NCBI GenBank assembly: GCA_963716725.1
Contig: CAVQUB010000002.1
Span: 192,001 to 256,000, forward strand
Direction of reading: 5' to 3'
Length of the DNA: 64,000 bases
Source: an uncultured delta proteobacterium
GTDB taxonomy: Bacteria > Myxococcota_A > Polyangia > Polyangiales > Polyangiaceae
Shown: positions 10,254-20,043 of the stretch, one piece after another
Layout: every line of letters begins with the position of its first letter
Position numbering within the stretch: position 1 is the first letter of the stretch
Position numbers and translations under genes: made by a program
Notes under the pieces: generated by a model
Seen by the model: the letters and a program-made list of their open reading frames with translations, nothing else
Databases searched by the model: none
What the model was told of the DNA's origin: nothing

Positions 10254-10939
10254 TGCGAGTCCGCGTTCGCCCCTGCGGGTTCGTCGCAGCGCTCGCGCTC
10301 GGCGCAGCGGCCTGCGGGACCAACCGCCCCGACATCCCCGACTACCTGCTGCAGGACGACTCGGGTTCGACGGCGGGCTATCCGAGCGGGCCCTACGCCA
10401 AAGACATCAAAAGCGACATCGGCCGGCCCATCGCCAACATCCAGTTCCAAAAGGGCTGGCTCGACCCCATGGCCGAGGGCTACGACCTGGCCAAGCTCGT
10501 GCCCGTAGCGCTCGCGGACTTCTACGACCCGGATGGCAGCAAGGGGATCGAGCTGATCCTGCTCAACACCGCGGCGGGCTGGTGCGGCGCCTGCAAGAAC
10601 GAGCACGCGGGCACCGGCAAGAGCCCTTCCCTCGGCGAGCACGCCGCGAGCCTCGCGCCTCGGGGCTTCGTGGCATTGAGCGCGCTGTTCGAAGACGGCA
10701 ACTTCAACCCCGCGCAAGACAAGCACCTGGTGGCCTGGGCCAAGACCTACGAGACCAATTTCCCCTTCGTGCTCGACCCCGAGAACCAACTCGGCGGCAC
10801 CTTCGGCGTCGATCAGACGGCGCCGCTCAACCTCGTCGTCGACGCCAAGACCATGAAGGTCCTGTTCGGCACGACCGGCGACAAGGGCGAAGTCATCTGG
10901 CCCTTCGTCGAGGGCGAGCTCGACAAGCGCGGAAAGTAG
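10253..10939 (+). CDS. Redoxin/TlpA-like CxxC lipoprotein
   Basis: TGATG coupling with the upstream gene, lipobox AAAC, LLNTAAGWCGAC, FPFVLDP, PLNLVVD. Confidence 0.85.
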   Translation: MRVRVRPCGFVAALALGAAACGTNRPDIPDYLLQDDSGSTAGYPSGPYAKDIKSDIGRPIANIQFQKGWLDPMAEGYDLAKLVPVALADFYDPDGSKGIELILLNTAAGWCGACKNEHAGTGKSPSLGEHAASLAPRGFVALSALFEDGNFNPAQDKHLVAWAKTYETNFPFVLDPENQLGGTFGVDQTAPLNLVVDAKTMKVLFGTTGDKGEVIWPFVEGELDKRGK

Positions 10940-10943
10940 CCCG

Positions 10944-12833
10944 ATGCGCAGCCGGCTCGGTCACGCCGCCCTCTCGGCAGCGCTGGGGATCACGCTCTCG
11001 TCCCCGGCGCACGCCCTCGAGCCGGGCAAGATCGGCGACGACGCGGTGCACCTGGACGTGACCAACGCGACCAGCGTGCTCTACAACTTCGACAACCGCG
11101 ACACGCGCCCGCTCGACGTGCCCACCCGCGCCAACGACGAGTGGGGCATGTGGTACAATCGCCTCAACCTGCAGGCGTCTTGGGGCAAGGTCACCGCCGG
11201 GCTCCGCATCGACAACGCCTGGTTTTATCGGTCGCCCTACCCCGAGGCCATCGCCCTCGACGTGGTCGAGACACGGCCCGCGGGCGGCGGCCTCGGCGAT
11301 GCCCAGCTCTTCCGCCAAAAGTTCGACGAGGCTGGGGCCGAGCTGTCGAACCGCTACATCAACTGGGTCTACCCGTCGAAATACTACGTCGGCTACACCA
11401 CGCGCGACGTCGAGCTGACGGCCGGAGACTTCTACGCCTCCCTCGGGCGCGGCTTCGTGCTCAGCGTGCGCAAGATGGACGAGCTGGCGAGCGACACCAC
11501 GGTCCGCGGCGCCCGCGTGACCGGCCGCGTGAACGCCGGCCCGCTCAAGCTCCGGCTCACGGCCCTGGGTGGCGAGATGAACCCGCTGCGCATCGACGAG
11601 TCCAGCGGCCGATACCTGGGCGTGCACGACAGCGTGACCCCGAGCTGGCTGGTTGCCACCGAGGCCGGCATGCCCCGAGCGGTGGACACCGACTTCCTGC
11701 GGGCCTCCCCCAGCTACTCGCCCGATCGCCTGGCCGCCGCGCAAATCGAGATCGCGCCCGAGGGCCTCAAGCTCGGCACTCAGGCTTCGTTCCTGCGGCG
11801 CCAAGCTCCGCTGACCTCGGACGTGATCCGCCAGGCCGACACCGTGCTCACCGGCAGCCAGTCCATCGAGGTGGCCGACTTCGGCGGCCACGGCGACGGC
11901 TACGTCGAGGTGGCGATGCAGAGCCTGGACGACGCCGACCGGGACTCGGCGAGCTCCGGCGGCGAGCTGCTGGGCGGCAAGAAGGGCTACGCGGTCTACG
12001 CGGCGGCCACGTTGATCACGGATCCACTGAGCTTCAGCTTCGAGGGCAAGCACTACCGACGCTTCTTTGCCCTCGCCGCCAACGTGGAAACGGCGCGGGC
12101 CCGGGAGTTCTCCTTGGTTCAGTACAGCGCGCCGCCGACCACCGAGGCCTTCTGGGTCGACTCCGAGTTCGAGGGCTTCAACACCTGCGTCACCGGCGGT
12201 CGCCTCAAGGGCGACGTTCACCTCGGCAAGGACGAGAGCGTGTTCGCCTGGGTCGGGCACTATCGAACTTGGGCCGAGCGCTCCCTCAATGAGCGTTGCG
12301 ACACCGCCGACGCCAACCTGAATCGAGTCTGGGATCTGGCGACCGGGATGGAGATCACCAGTCAGAAGCGCAAGAGCCGCGCGAACCTCACGGTCGGCGC
12401 ACGCATCGACCAGGCCGAAGAAGAGATCTCCACCACCACCGGCGCCCAGACCCACCTGTACTACCAGGAGAGCTACGCGCGCTACGACGTGATCCGACAC
12501 CTCGGCGGGCCCTTCTCGCTGCAGCTCCAGGGCTGGCACCGGCGGCGGCACCAGGTCGTGGGCGGCCCCGAGCACCCGTGGTTCGAAGGCCAGCACCTGA
12601 CCGGTGTGGACTTCGCCCCCTACCTCTCGGCGGCCTTCGGGGTGGAATACAGCACCAACCCCGCCGTCCCCGACACCTACTTCAACGGCCAGGTCGCCTA
12701 CAAGATCACGCAGTCGTCGAGCGTGAGCGGCTTCGTCGGCCAGCGCCGCGGCGCGCTGCGCTGCGTGGGCGGGGTCTGCCGCATCTACCCAGCCTTCGAG
12801 GGCGCGCGCATCGATGCCACGGTGAGGTTCTGA
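10944..12833 (+). CDS. DUF6029-like outer-membrane beta-barrel protein
   Basis: Sec signal peptide (AHA), GDFYASLGRGFVL, C-terminal GQRRGALRCVGGVCRIYPAFEG...RF ending in Phe. Confidence 0.75.
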   Translation: MRSRLGHAALSAALGITLSSPAHALEPGKIGDDAVHLDVTNATSVLYNFDNRDTRPLDVPTRANDEWGMWYNRLNLQASWGKVTAGLRIDNAWFYRSPYPEAIALDVVETRPAGGGLGDAQLFRQKFDEAGAELSNRYINWVYPSKYYVGYTTRDVELTAGDFYASLGRGFVLSVRKMDELASDTTVRGARVTGRVNAGPLKLRLTALGGEMNPLRIDESSGRYLGVHDSVTPSWLVATEAGMPRAVDTDFLRASPSYSPDRLAAAQIEIAPEGLKLGTQASFLRRQAPLTSDVIRQADTVLTGSQSIEVADFGGHGDGYVEVAMQSLDDADRDSASSGGELLGGKKGYAVYAAATLITDPLSFSFEGKHYRRFFALAANVETARAREFSLVQYSAPPTTEAFWVDSEFEGFNTCVTGGRLKGDVHLGKDESVFAWVGHYRTWAERSLNERCDTADANLNRVWDLATGMEITSQKRKSRANLTVGARIDQAEEEISTTTGAQTHLYYQESYARYDVIRHLGGPFSLQLQGWHRRRHQVVGGPEHPWFEGQHLTGVDFAPYLSAAFGVEYSTNPAVPDTYFNGQVAYKITQSSSVSGFVGQRRGALRCVGGVCRIYPAFEGARIDATVRF

Positions 12834-14203
12834 TCCACAGCTTTCGTCGCGAGCTTCGCACGACTGTCTCTCTCGCGACTCCGCTGGTGCTCGGCCATTT
12901 CTCCACCGGCCTCATCAGCTTCGTAGACAGCGTGATCGCGGGTCATCACGGCACGCGCACCCTGGCCTCCGTCACCATCGGGAGCGCCCTGATGTGGCTG
13001 CCGCTCACGGTCGTGCTCGGCACCCTGATGAGCGTGCCGCCCGCGGTGTCCCAGCTCGCAGGCGCCGGGCGTCGGGACGAGATCGGCCCGCTCTTCCGCC
13101 AGGCGCTGTGGGTGGCGCTCGGCTTCGGGCCGCTGCTCTTCGCCTACCTCACCTTCGTGCCCAGCGCGCTCGGACTCATGGGCATCTCGCCGGAGATCGC
13201 CCCGGGCACCACCGGCTTCTTGCACGGCGTCCGCTGGGGCCTTCCGGGCTTCACGCTCTTTTTATGCCTTCGTTACCTGGCGGACGGGCTGCACCACACG
13301 CTGCCCTCGATGGTGCTGGCGATCGCGGGGCTGTTCTTGCTGGTGCCCACCGGCTACGCGCTGACCTTCGGCGCCTTCGGTCTGCCGGAGCTCGGGGCCA
13401 AGGGCCTCGGCATCGCCTCGGCCGTGGTCATGTGGTTCCAGGCCATCGCGCTCGCGCTGTATCTGGCGAAGGCGCGGCGCTTCCGCGAGTACGGCCTCTT
13501 CAGTCGCTTCGATCCGCCGCGCCAGGCCGAGATCCGGGAGCTGCTCGCGGTCGGAGCTCCGATCGGCTTCACGGTACTGATGGAAGGCAGCCTCTTCATC
13601 TTCGCCTCGCTGCTCATCGGCAGGCTCGGCGAGGTCCCCGCCGCGGCGCACCAAATCGCCATCAACGTGGCCAGTCTCTGTTTCATGATCCCGCTCGGGT
13701 TGGCCGAGGCCACGACGGTGCGTGTTGGACACGCCGTGGGCTCGGGCGACAGCCTCGGGATCCGACGCGCCGCCCTCGCAGGCTTCGTGGTCATGCTCGG
13801 AACGCAGGCCGTGACGGCCACGGCGCTCATCCTGGGCCGACACTCGGTGGTCACGCTCTACTCGAGGGACGTCGCCGTCGGCACCCTGGCCACCGGCCTC
13901 ATCGCCTACGCCGCGGCTTTCCAATTCCCCGACGGCGCCCAGGTGCTCTCGAACGGCGCCCTGCGCGGCCTGAAGGACACCCGCCGGCCGATGCTGCTGG
14001 CTGCCCTCGCGTACTGGGGCGTAGGCATTCCGCTCGGCGCCGGCCTCGCGCTCGGCGCCGGCCTCGGGCCCAAAGGCATGTGGATCGGGATGATCGCCGG
14101 GCTCAGCGTCGCGGCGGTGTTGCTCGCAACGCGCTTCGTGCGCGTGTCGGCGAACGCGCCCCCAAAGCGACCGCTCGTGCGGGGTGCTTCCGTGACAGAA
14201 TAG
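12830..14203 (+). CDS. MATE family efflux transporter (NorM-like)
   Basis: LATPLVLG...VDSVIAGH, ELGAKGLGIA, AAHQIAINVASLCFMIPLG, FQFPDGAQV...GALRGLKDTR. Start uncertain (CTG 12830). Confidence 0.88.
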   Translation: MIHSFRRELRTTVSLATPLVLGHFSTGLISFVDSVIAGHHGTRTLASVTIGSALMWLPLTVVLGTLMSVPPAVSQLAGAGRRDEIGPLFRQALWVALGFGPLLFAYLTFVPSALGLMGISPEIAPGTTGFLHGVRWGLPGFTLFLCLRYLADGLHHTLPSMVLAIAGLFLLVPTGYALTFGAFGLPELGAKGLGIASAVVMWFQAIALALYLAKARRFREYGLFSRFDPPRQAEIRELLAVGAPIGFTVLMEGSLFIFASLLIGRLGEVPAAAHQIAINVASLCFMIPLGLAEATTVRVGHAVGSGDSLGIRRAALAGFVVMLGTQAVTATALILGRHSVVTLYSRDVAVGTLATGLIAYAAAFQFPDGAQVLSNGALRGLKDTRRPMLLAALAYWGVGIPLGAGLALGAGLGPKGMWIGMIAGLSVAAVLLATRFVRVSANAPPKRPLVRGASVTE

Positions 14204-14241
14204 GGCGCATCAGCCAGCATGCTGGGTGGGAGGAGTTCCGG

Positions 14242-15489
14242 ATGACAGCCTCGAGACGAGCAGGTGGGATCTTCGTGGGGCTCGCCCTGGCGGCAGCCTG
14301 CTCCGCGAGCGGCGGCGCGGGCGACGGCGACAACGCGGGCGGCGCTCCCGGCGGCGGCAGCTCAGGGTCCGGCGGCAGCGGCGGGCTCAGCGTCGGCGGC
14401 ACGTCCGGCGACGGTGGCAGCGTCAATTTCGACTCGGGCGTTGGGGGCTCCGGCGGCGACATCGGCGACTCCGGATGTTCCACCTACACGGACGAAGCGA
14501 AGCAGACCTACGAGCCCGCGGACATCATCTGGGCCGTCGACACCTCCGGCAGCATGGTCGAAGAAGCGGCCGCCGTTCAGGCCAACATCAACGCCTTCAG
14601 TCAGCAGATCTCCGCGACCGGGATCGACGTGCACGTGGTGATGCTGGCGGCCTACCCATTTTTGATCCTGCCGGGCATCTGCGTGCCCGCGCCCCTCGGG
14701 TCGGGACTGTGCCCGTCGGCGGGCTCAGACACCAAGCTGCCCAACTTCTGGCACCACCCGACGGGCGTCGTCGAGAGCGTCGACGCCGCCTTGCGCCTGG
14801 TGCAACTCTTCCCCGACTACAAGTTCATGCTGCGGCCCGGCGTGTTCAAATACGTCGTGGTCGTCACCGACGACGACTCCAAGAACAACCCCAACAGCTC
14901 GGGCAACGCCGGAAAATACGACGACAACCCCAGCGGTTTCATCACGGATTTCACCAACCTCGACCCGATGATGAAAGACGGCGCCGGGGGCCGCATGTGG
15001 AAGCTGTCGTCGATCTACTCGTTTTCGCAGTGCTCGAACGCCGCCAACATCGGCCAGGTCTGGAAGCAGATCGTCAACACCACCGGAGGAGTGCACGGCG
15101 ACATCTGCAACTGCCCCCCGGGACAGACTCAAGCCTGCGCGCAGACCTTCCAGAAGGTCTTCGACGAGCTGGCCAAGAAGATCATCGCCGGCGCCAAGCC
15201 CCTGGCCTGCGAGTGGACGATCCCGGCGCCGGAGCCCGGCAAGACCCTCGATCCGAACAAGGTGAACGTCGAGTTCGTCGACCAGGCCAGCGGAACGCCA
15301 AAGACGATCTACCACGTCAACGACGCAGCGGCCTGCGACGGGACGCTGGGCGGCTGGTACTACAACGACAACAAGACACCGACCACGATCAAGCTCTGCC
15401 CCGCGAGCTGCGCCGAGGTGACCGGCGCCGCGCAGGGCAGCAAGATCAACGTCGTGTTCGGCTGCGCGACCCTGAACATCCCGAAGTGA
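14242..15489 (+). CDS. vWA-domain lipoprotein
   Basis: AGGAG RBS, lipobox AAAC, Gly-rich linker, MIDAS DTSGS, VVVVTDDDS, C-terminal GWYYND...IKLCPASC. Confidence 0.85.
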   Translation: MTASRRAGGIFVGLALAAACSASGGAGDGDNAGGAPGGGSSGSGGSGGLSVGGTSGDGGSVNFDSGVGGSGGDIGDSGCSTYTDEAKQTYEPADIIWAVDTSGSMVEEAAAVQANINAFSQQISATGIDVHVVMLAAYPFLILPGICVPAPLGSGLCPSAGSDTKLPNFWHHPTGVVESVDAALRLVQLFPDYKFMLRPGVFKYVVVVTDDDSKNNPNSSGNAGKYDDNPSGFITDFTNLDPMMKDGAGGRMWKLSSIYSFSQCSNAANIGQVWKQIVNTTGGVHGDICNCPPGQTQACAQTFQKVFDELAKKIIAGAKPLACEWTIPAPEPGKTLDPNKVNVEFVDQASGTPKTIYHVNDAAACDGTLGGWYYNDNKTPTTIKLCPASCAEVTGAAQGSKINVVFGCATLNIPK

Positions 15490-15525
15490 GCGCGGGCTGC
15501 CGGCGCGCAGGTCGAGCCCGCCGGA

Positions 15526-16065
15526 CTACTTGATCCCGAGGGCCGCTTCGACGTCGCGATCCACCGCGCTCGCGTCGCCGGTGGTGTAGCCCTCTTTCTT
15601 CGCGATGATGCCGCCATCGCGCCCGATCAGCACGCTGAAGGGCGCGCTGGTCTTGGGATTGTAGAGGGCGACCACGCGGGTCTCTTGATCGAGCAAGATC
15701 GGAAACGAAACCCCGAGCTTCGAGACGGTGCTCTTGACCCCAGCGATGGACTCCGGGCCGTCGATGGAGATGCCGAGCACCACGAAGCCCTTGTCCTTGT
15801 GCTTCTTGTAGACCTCGTCGAGGTGCGGCATCGAGGCCAGGCAGGGATCACAGAACGTGGCCCAGAAGTCGATCAAGACCACGTCTTTGCCCAGGTGATC
15901 CGAGAGCCGAACGGTCTTGCCGTCGAGGGTCGAGAGCTCGAAATCCGGGGGGCGCGCCCCGCCGCTCTGGGCGCCGGCGGCTCCGGGAGTCGAGCCGCTA
16001 CAGCTCGCGCAACCGAGCGCTCCGAGCATCACGGCGGCGCGGAGCGCGATGGCGATGGGCCTCAT
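15526..16065 (-). CDS. TlpA disulfide reductase family lipoprotein
   Basis: PDFELSTLDGKTVRLSD, IDFWATFCDPC, FPILLD. The ATG overlaps the upstream stop codon. Confidence 0.9.
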   Translation of the reverse strand: MRPIAIALRAAVMLGALGCASCSGSTPGAAGAQSGGARPPDFELSTLDGKTVRLSDHLGKDVVLIDFWATFCDPCLASMPHLDEVYKKHKDKGFVVLGISIDGPESIAGVKSTVSKLGVSFPILLDQETRVVALYNPKTSAPFSVLIGRDGGIIAKKEGYTTGDASAVDRDVEAALGIK

Positions 16066-16781
16066 TGAGGGAGGCTGGCGAGGGCTGCGTCGATTTCCGC
16101 GAGCACGCCGTTGGGTCCGGTGACCGCGCCGCCCGAGAGCTTGGTGACGATCTTCATGGTCTTGGCGTCGACCAGGACGCCGCCAGGGATCGTCGCCTGC
16201 TCGAAGTACTGCCCCATCTTGAAGGCCGGATCGACGGCGAGCGGGAACTTCACCTTGTACTTCTCGCCCCATGCCTTGATGTTGGTCGGGCTCGCGGGCC
16301 CGGGCGGACTCGCAGCGTTCTCCATCAGCGTGCCGATCACGGCGACGCCGCGCGGCTTGAGCTCTTTCTCGTAGGTGTCCTCGTCCCGCATCTGTGCGTA
16401 CTCGGCGTTGCAGGGGCCGCACCACACCGCCGACGCGTTCACCCAGATCAGCTTCCAGGGCTTGCTGCCGTCGGGGTTGTAGAACTGGCCGATGCCCACC
16501 TCGTCCAACGCCTCGGTGTCGTAGTTGGAGTCACCGGGCGCGTTCCACCCGAGCAGCTGGAGGGGCGCGATGACCGAGTCCAATTGCGAGCCGTAGGGCG
16601 CCGCGGGGTACTCGTAGTGGGCGAAGGGTGGCTTGGTAACGTTGGAACCCCCGTCGGGTCCGACGGTCACCACCGTGCCGTGATCGAAGTCGCCCTGCTT
16701 CGGAGGGTCGCCCGCGTCGGAGCCGCAGGCCGTCAAACTGGTGAGGGTGAGAACGCCGACGCTCGCGAGTATCGTCTTCAT
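16062..16781 (-). CDS. Redoxin/TlpA-like CxxC lipoprotein, paralog of 10253..10939
   Basis: Lipobox LTAC, YPAAPYG, FYNPDGSK, VNASAVWCGPC, FPLAVDP, VDAKTMKI. Confidence 0.85.
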   Translation of the reverse strand: MKTILASVGVLTLTSLTACGSDAGDPPKQGDFDHGTVVTVGPDGGSNVTKPPFAHYEYPAAPYGSQLDSVIAPLQLLGWNAPGDSNYDTEALDEVGIGQFYNPDGSKPWKLIWVNASAVWCGPCNAEYAQMRDEDTYEKELKPRGVAVIGTLMENAASPPGPASPTNIKAWGEKYKVKFPLAVDPAFKMGQYFEQATIPGGVLVDAKTMKIVTKLSGGAVTGPNGVLAEIDAALASLPQ

Positions 16782-16935
16782 GGGTAGCCTCCCGGGAATG
16801 TGCTAGACCCGCCGGGAGCATGAGCGGGAGCGGCTATCCCGTCAAGCGACGCGCGGGCTTCCCGCGCTGGGCGCGCCGCGCTAAGGGCGAGCCCCATCCG
16901 GGGCCCTTGGGTCCGAGGCAGAGCGGAAGGTCAGC

Positions 16936-18507
16936 ATGATCACTTCGAGACTGGGGTCGGACAAGGGACTGGGCCGCCGCGTACGGCGTGCCCTCGGGAT
17001 GCTGGTCGGACTGCTCGCCGTGTCCACGCTCGGCCTCGCGGCCTGCGGCGGCGACGAAGCCACGCCCTGCGAAGGGGTGACCGTCAACGGCGAGTGCCAG
17101 CAGAAGTGCTCCGAGGCCGTCTGCGCGGCGCAAGGCATGAAGTGCGTGGGCAACTCCTGCGGCCAGACCTGCGCCGATCCGGTCAAGGACTGCCCAGCGG
17201 GCAAGTACTGCTTTGCGCTGAACACCGACGACGGCACGGCGGGTCAGTATTGCGCCTGGGCGCCCTTCACCAAGGGCGGCAAGCTGCTCGGCCAGTACGA
17301 TACCCAGTGCGCGGCCGACGATCAGTGCGACGCGCTGCGCGGCTACAAATGCCTGGCGGGGACCTGCAAGCTCACGGGCTGCACGTCGAACGCGGCCTGC
17401 GCGGAGATCCCGGGCGCTTGCGTCAAGGATCCGAGCGGCGACCCGACCAAGAACTTCTGCGAGAAGGGCGACAAGCGCCTGGGCCTCGGTGAGGCGTGCC
17501 AGAAGTCGAGCGAGTGCGACGGCGATCTGAACCTGGGCTGCGTGAGCGGCGCCTGCGCCTACGTCGGCTGCGCCACCCACTCGGACTGCGCGAGCGTGGG
17601 CGAGTGCAAGTCAGCCAAGACCGCCGAAGGACAAGACGTGCTCGCCTGCGTCAAGGGCACCACCTATCCCAAGGGGCAGTTTGGCACGTCGTGTCCGGGT
17701 GGTTCGACAGCGAAGGAATGCGACGAAGCCGCCGGCTTCGTCTGCATCGGCGCCGGCGTCGGTGACGTCGACGCCTACTGCACCGATACGGGCTGCAAGG
17801 CCGACGGCGACTGCGCCGCGGGCTACGAGTGCCAGGCCCTGCGCACCAGCAAGAAGCCCTGCGCGGACGCCTGCGGGGTCACCGGCGCCACCGGCGGGGG
17901 CTGCGTGGCAGCTGACGACATCGGTGCCGGGAAAGAATACTCGTGCGGCGCCACCAGCCTGCTGCGCAACATCTGCATGAAGCGCTCGTTCTGCTCCGAG
18001 TGCCAGAACGACGACGACTGCCGCACGCAGCCGAACCAGATCTGCGCCAGCGACGGCAAGGGCCACAAGTACTGCACGGTGCTCTGCGAGCCTGCGCAGT
18101 CCAACGCCTGCGTGTGGGGCAGCGCGGCCGAATGCGCCGTGCACGACACCGCCCTCGGCAAGCCGACCTGCGCGCACCGCTTCGGCGCCTGCAAAGGCAC
18201 CGGCAAGACCTGCGAACCTTGCGTGGACGACGCCGACTGCCCCACCGGGTTTTGCACCGGCTCGGACTACACCGGCGAGCGCTACTGCGTGGACATCACG
18301 CCGAGCTGCGACTGCACTGGCCTCCAGCTCACCCAAGACACGCTGTGCGTGGGCGGCGGCTGCCCGACCTCGCCCAGCGGCATCGCGACCAACTGCTATG
18401 GCGGGTCGAAAATGTCGACGAGCCCATATTACAAAAAGTGCATTGGCGCCGATATCCTCGAGGGCAAGAAGTCCCCGTACACCAAGCCCGGCTGCTGGCC
18501 GGAGTGA
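16936..18507 (+). CDS. Cys-rich repeat lipoprotein
   Basis: Lipobox LAAC. 61 Cys by hand count, in repeated C-x4-5-C modules. Alternative start at ATG 16999. Confidence 0.85.
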   Translation: MITSRLGSDKGLGRRVRRALGMLVGLLAVSTLGLAACGGDEATPCEGVTVNGECQQKCSEAVCAAQGMKCVGNSCGQTCADPVKDCPAGKYCFALNTDDGTAGQYCAWAPFTKGGKLLGQYDTQCAADDQCDALRGYKCLAGTCKLTGCTSNAACAEIPGACVKDPSGDPTKNFCEKGDKRLGLGEACQKSSECDGDLNLGCVSGACAYVGCATHSDCASVGECKSAKTAEGQDVLACVKGTTYPKGQFGTSCPGGSTAKECDEAAGFVCIGAGVGDVDAYCTDTGCKADGDCAAGYECQALRTSKKPCADACGVTGATGGGCVAADDIGAGKEYSCGATSLLRNICMKRSFCSECQNDDDCRTQPNQICASDGKGHKYCTVLCEPAQSNACVWGSAAECAVHDTALGKPTCAHRFGACKGTGKTCEPCVDDADCPTGFCTGSDYTGERYCVDITPSCDCTGLQLTQDTLCVGGGCPTSPSGIATNCYGGSKMSTSPYYKKCIGADILEGKKSPYTKPGCWPE

Positions 18508-18697
18508 GCCGTAGCCCAGGCGTGGTAGCGGGGACCTGGGCCGCGCCCGCCGTATTGCCACGCCGCTAGTTTCGTCGTACGAGCCCGCCCGTGGCGCTGC
18601 ATTGCATGCGCTTCAGGGGCCCGTCGTCCAACGGCTGGGTCCGGCCGGGGGAGCATCCGGCGGACGGCCACGACTGAATCAATAGGAGAGCTTTATC

Positions 18698-19927
18698 ATG
18701 ATGAAGACCACGGTATTTGGGGCGGCTGCCCTAGTCGGCGCGGGCCTGCTGGCCTCGATGAGCGGCTGTGACAAGATTGAAGAGGCGCAGGGCGCGGTTT
18801 GCTGCACCGAGTTCCAGGTGGGCGGCAACATCTCGGCCGACATCGGCGGGAGCGCCAGCGCGCAGGTGAGCGCCCAGGCCGTGGCAGATTTCGCCGGCAT
18901 CGCTTCAGCTGCCGTGGGCGACTTGACCGCCGCCTGCCGCTCCATCGCGCAGGATCTGGACGTGGACTCGGCCACCCAGGACGCCGCGGAAGCGACCGAA
19001 GACAAGCGCGCGAAGATGAAGGCTTGGTGCACCGCTGCGACGACCGCCATCGGCTCGTTCAAGGCGACGGCCAAGGGAACGCTCACCATCTCGGTAACGC
19101 CGCCGGTGTGTGAGGCCTCGCTCAGCGCAAAGGCCAATTGCCAGGCCAAGTGCTCGGTGGACGGCAAGTGCGATCTCAAGGCCACGCCGCCGACCTGCGA
19201 GGGCGGCAGCCTCGAAGTGGCGTGCAAGGGTGAGTGCACCGCCAAGGCGGGCGCGACGCTGAAGTGCGAAGGCACCTGCTCGGGCGAGTGCACCGGCGAG
19301 TGCACGGCCGAGGGCGGCGTCGAGTGCGAAGGCAAGTGCGAAGGCACCTGCGAGGCCTCGGGCACCGGCACCGGCACCGGAATCCAGGCCGACGGCACCT
19401 GCAAGGGCGTGTGCAAGGGCTCGTGCTCCGTCACCGCTCCCAAGGCGACCTGCTCGGGCAGCTGCAAGGGCTCTTGCAGTGCGAGCTGCACGGGCACGGC
19501 CACCGCGTCGGTCAAGTGCGACGGCACCTGCAGTGCGGACTACGAGCCGCTCAAGTGCACCGGCGGCGAGCTCAAGGGCGGCTGCTCGGTGGACGCCAAG
19601 TGCGACGCCAACTGCGACGCCAGCGTCCAGGCCAAGGCCGAGTGCCGGCCGCCTCAGATCAGCGTGACCTTCTCGGGCGCGGCTGACGCTCAAGCGGCGG
19701 GCAAGCTCCAGGCGACCCTGAAGGCGAACCTGGGCGTGATCTACGGCTTCAAGGCCCGCCTCGAGGGCATGGGCAAGATCGCCGCGAACCTCACGGCCAA
19801 CGTGGACGCAGTGGTCGACATCAAGGCCGCCTGCATCCCGGCCATCATCGCCGCGGCGGCTGACGCCGCCGACGACGTGAAGGAGTCCGTGACGGTCTCC
19901 GGCAGCATCGTCGCCTCGGTCAAGTAA
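18698..19927 (+). CDS. Lipoprotein with a mirror-symmetric Cys ladder (CxGxC repeats)
   Basis: AGGAG RBS, lipobox MSGC, central CxxxC runs flanked by Ala-rich helical segments. Confidence 0.88.
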   Translation: MMKTTVFGAAALVGAGLLASMSGCDKIEEAQGAVCCTEFQVGGNISADIGGSASAQVSAQAVADFAGIASAAVGDLTAACRSIAQDLDVDSATQDAAEATEDKRAKMKAWCTAATTAIGSFKATAKGTLTISVTPPVCEASLSAKANCQAKCSVDGKCDLKATPPTCEGGSLEVACKGECTAKAGATLKCEGTCSGECTGECTAEGGVECEGKCEGTCEASGTGTGTGIQADGTCKGVCKGSCSVTAPKATCSGSCKGSCSASCTGTATASVKCDGTCSADYEPLKCTGGELKGGCSVDAKCDANCDASVQAKAECRPPQISVTFSGAADAQAAGKLQATLKANLGVIYGFKARLEGMGKIAANLTANVDAVVDIKAACIPAIIAAAADAADDVKESVTVSGSIVASVK

Positions 19928-19950
19928 GCGACCAGCACTAGAATGCACGC

Positions 19951-19993
19951 TCCGGCGCGTGTCCCTCCGTGGGATGCGCGCCGGAAGTGTTTT
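19951..19993 (+). terminator. Probable intrinsic terminator
   Basis: 15-bp stem TCCGGCGCGTGTCCC / GGGATGCGCGCCGGA (two G-U pairs), 5-nt loop, then AGTGTTTT. Confidence 0.65.
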
Positions 19994-20043
19994 GTGGCGC
20001 GACGTTTGACGAACGCTGGCTTCCGCCCTACGGACTCGCCGTC

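Noticed and set aside
9269..10939. 556-aa lipoprotein-redoxin fusion
   Set aside because: Artefact of the frameshift near 9876; the redoxin has its own ATG, signal peptide and lipobox at 10253.
12296..15489. 635-aa and 831-aa ORFs as full-length proteins
   Set aside because: Their N-terminal parts are Arg/Pro-rich off-frame reads of upstream genes. The real genes start near 12830 and at 14242.
18592..18606. Sigma54 promoter TGGCGC...TTGCA
   Set aside because: GG-to-GC spacing is 9 nt rather than the required 10.
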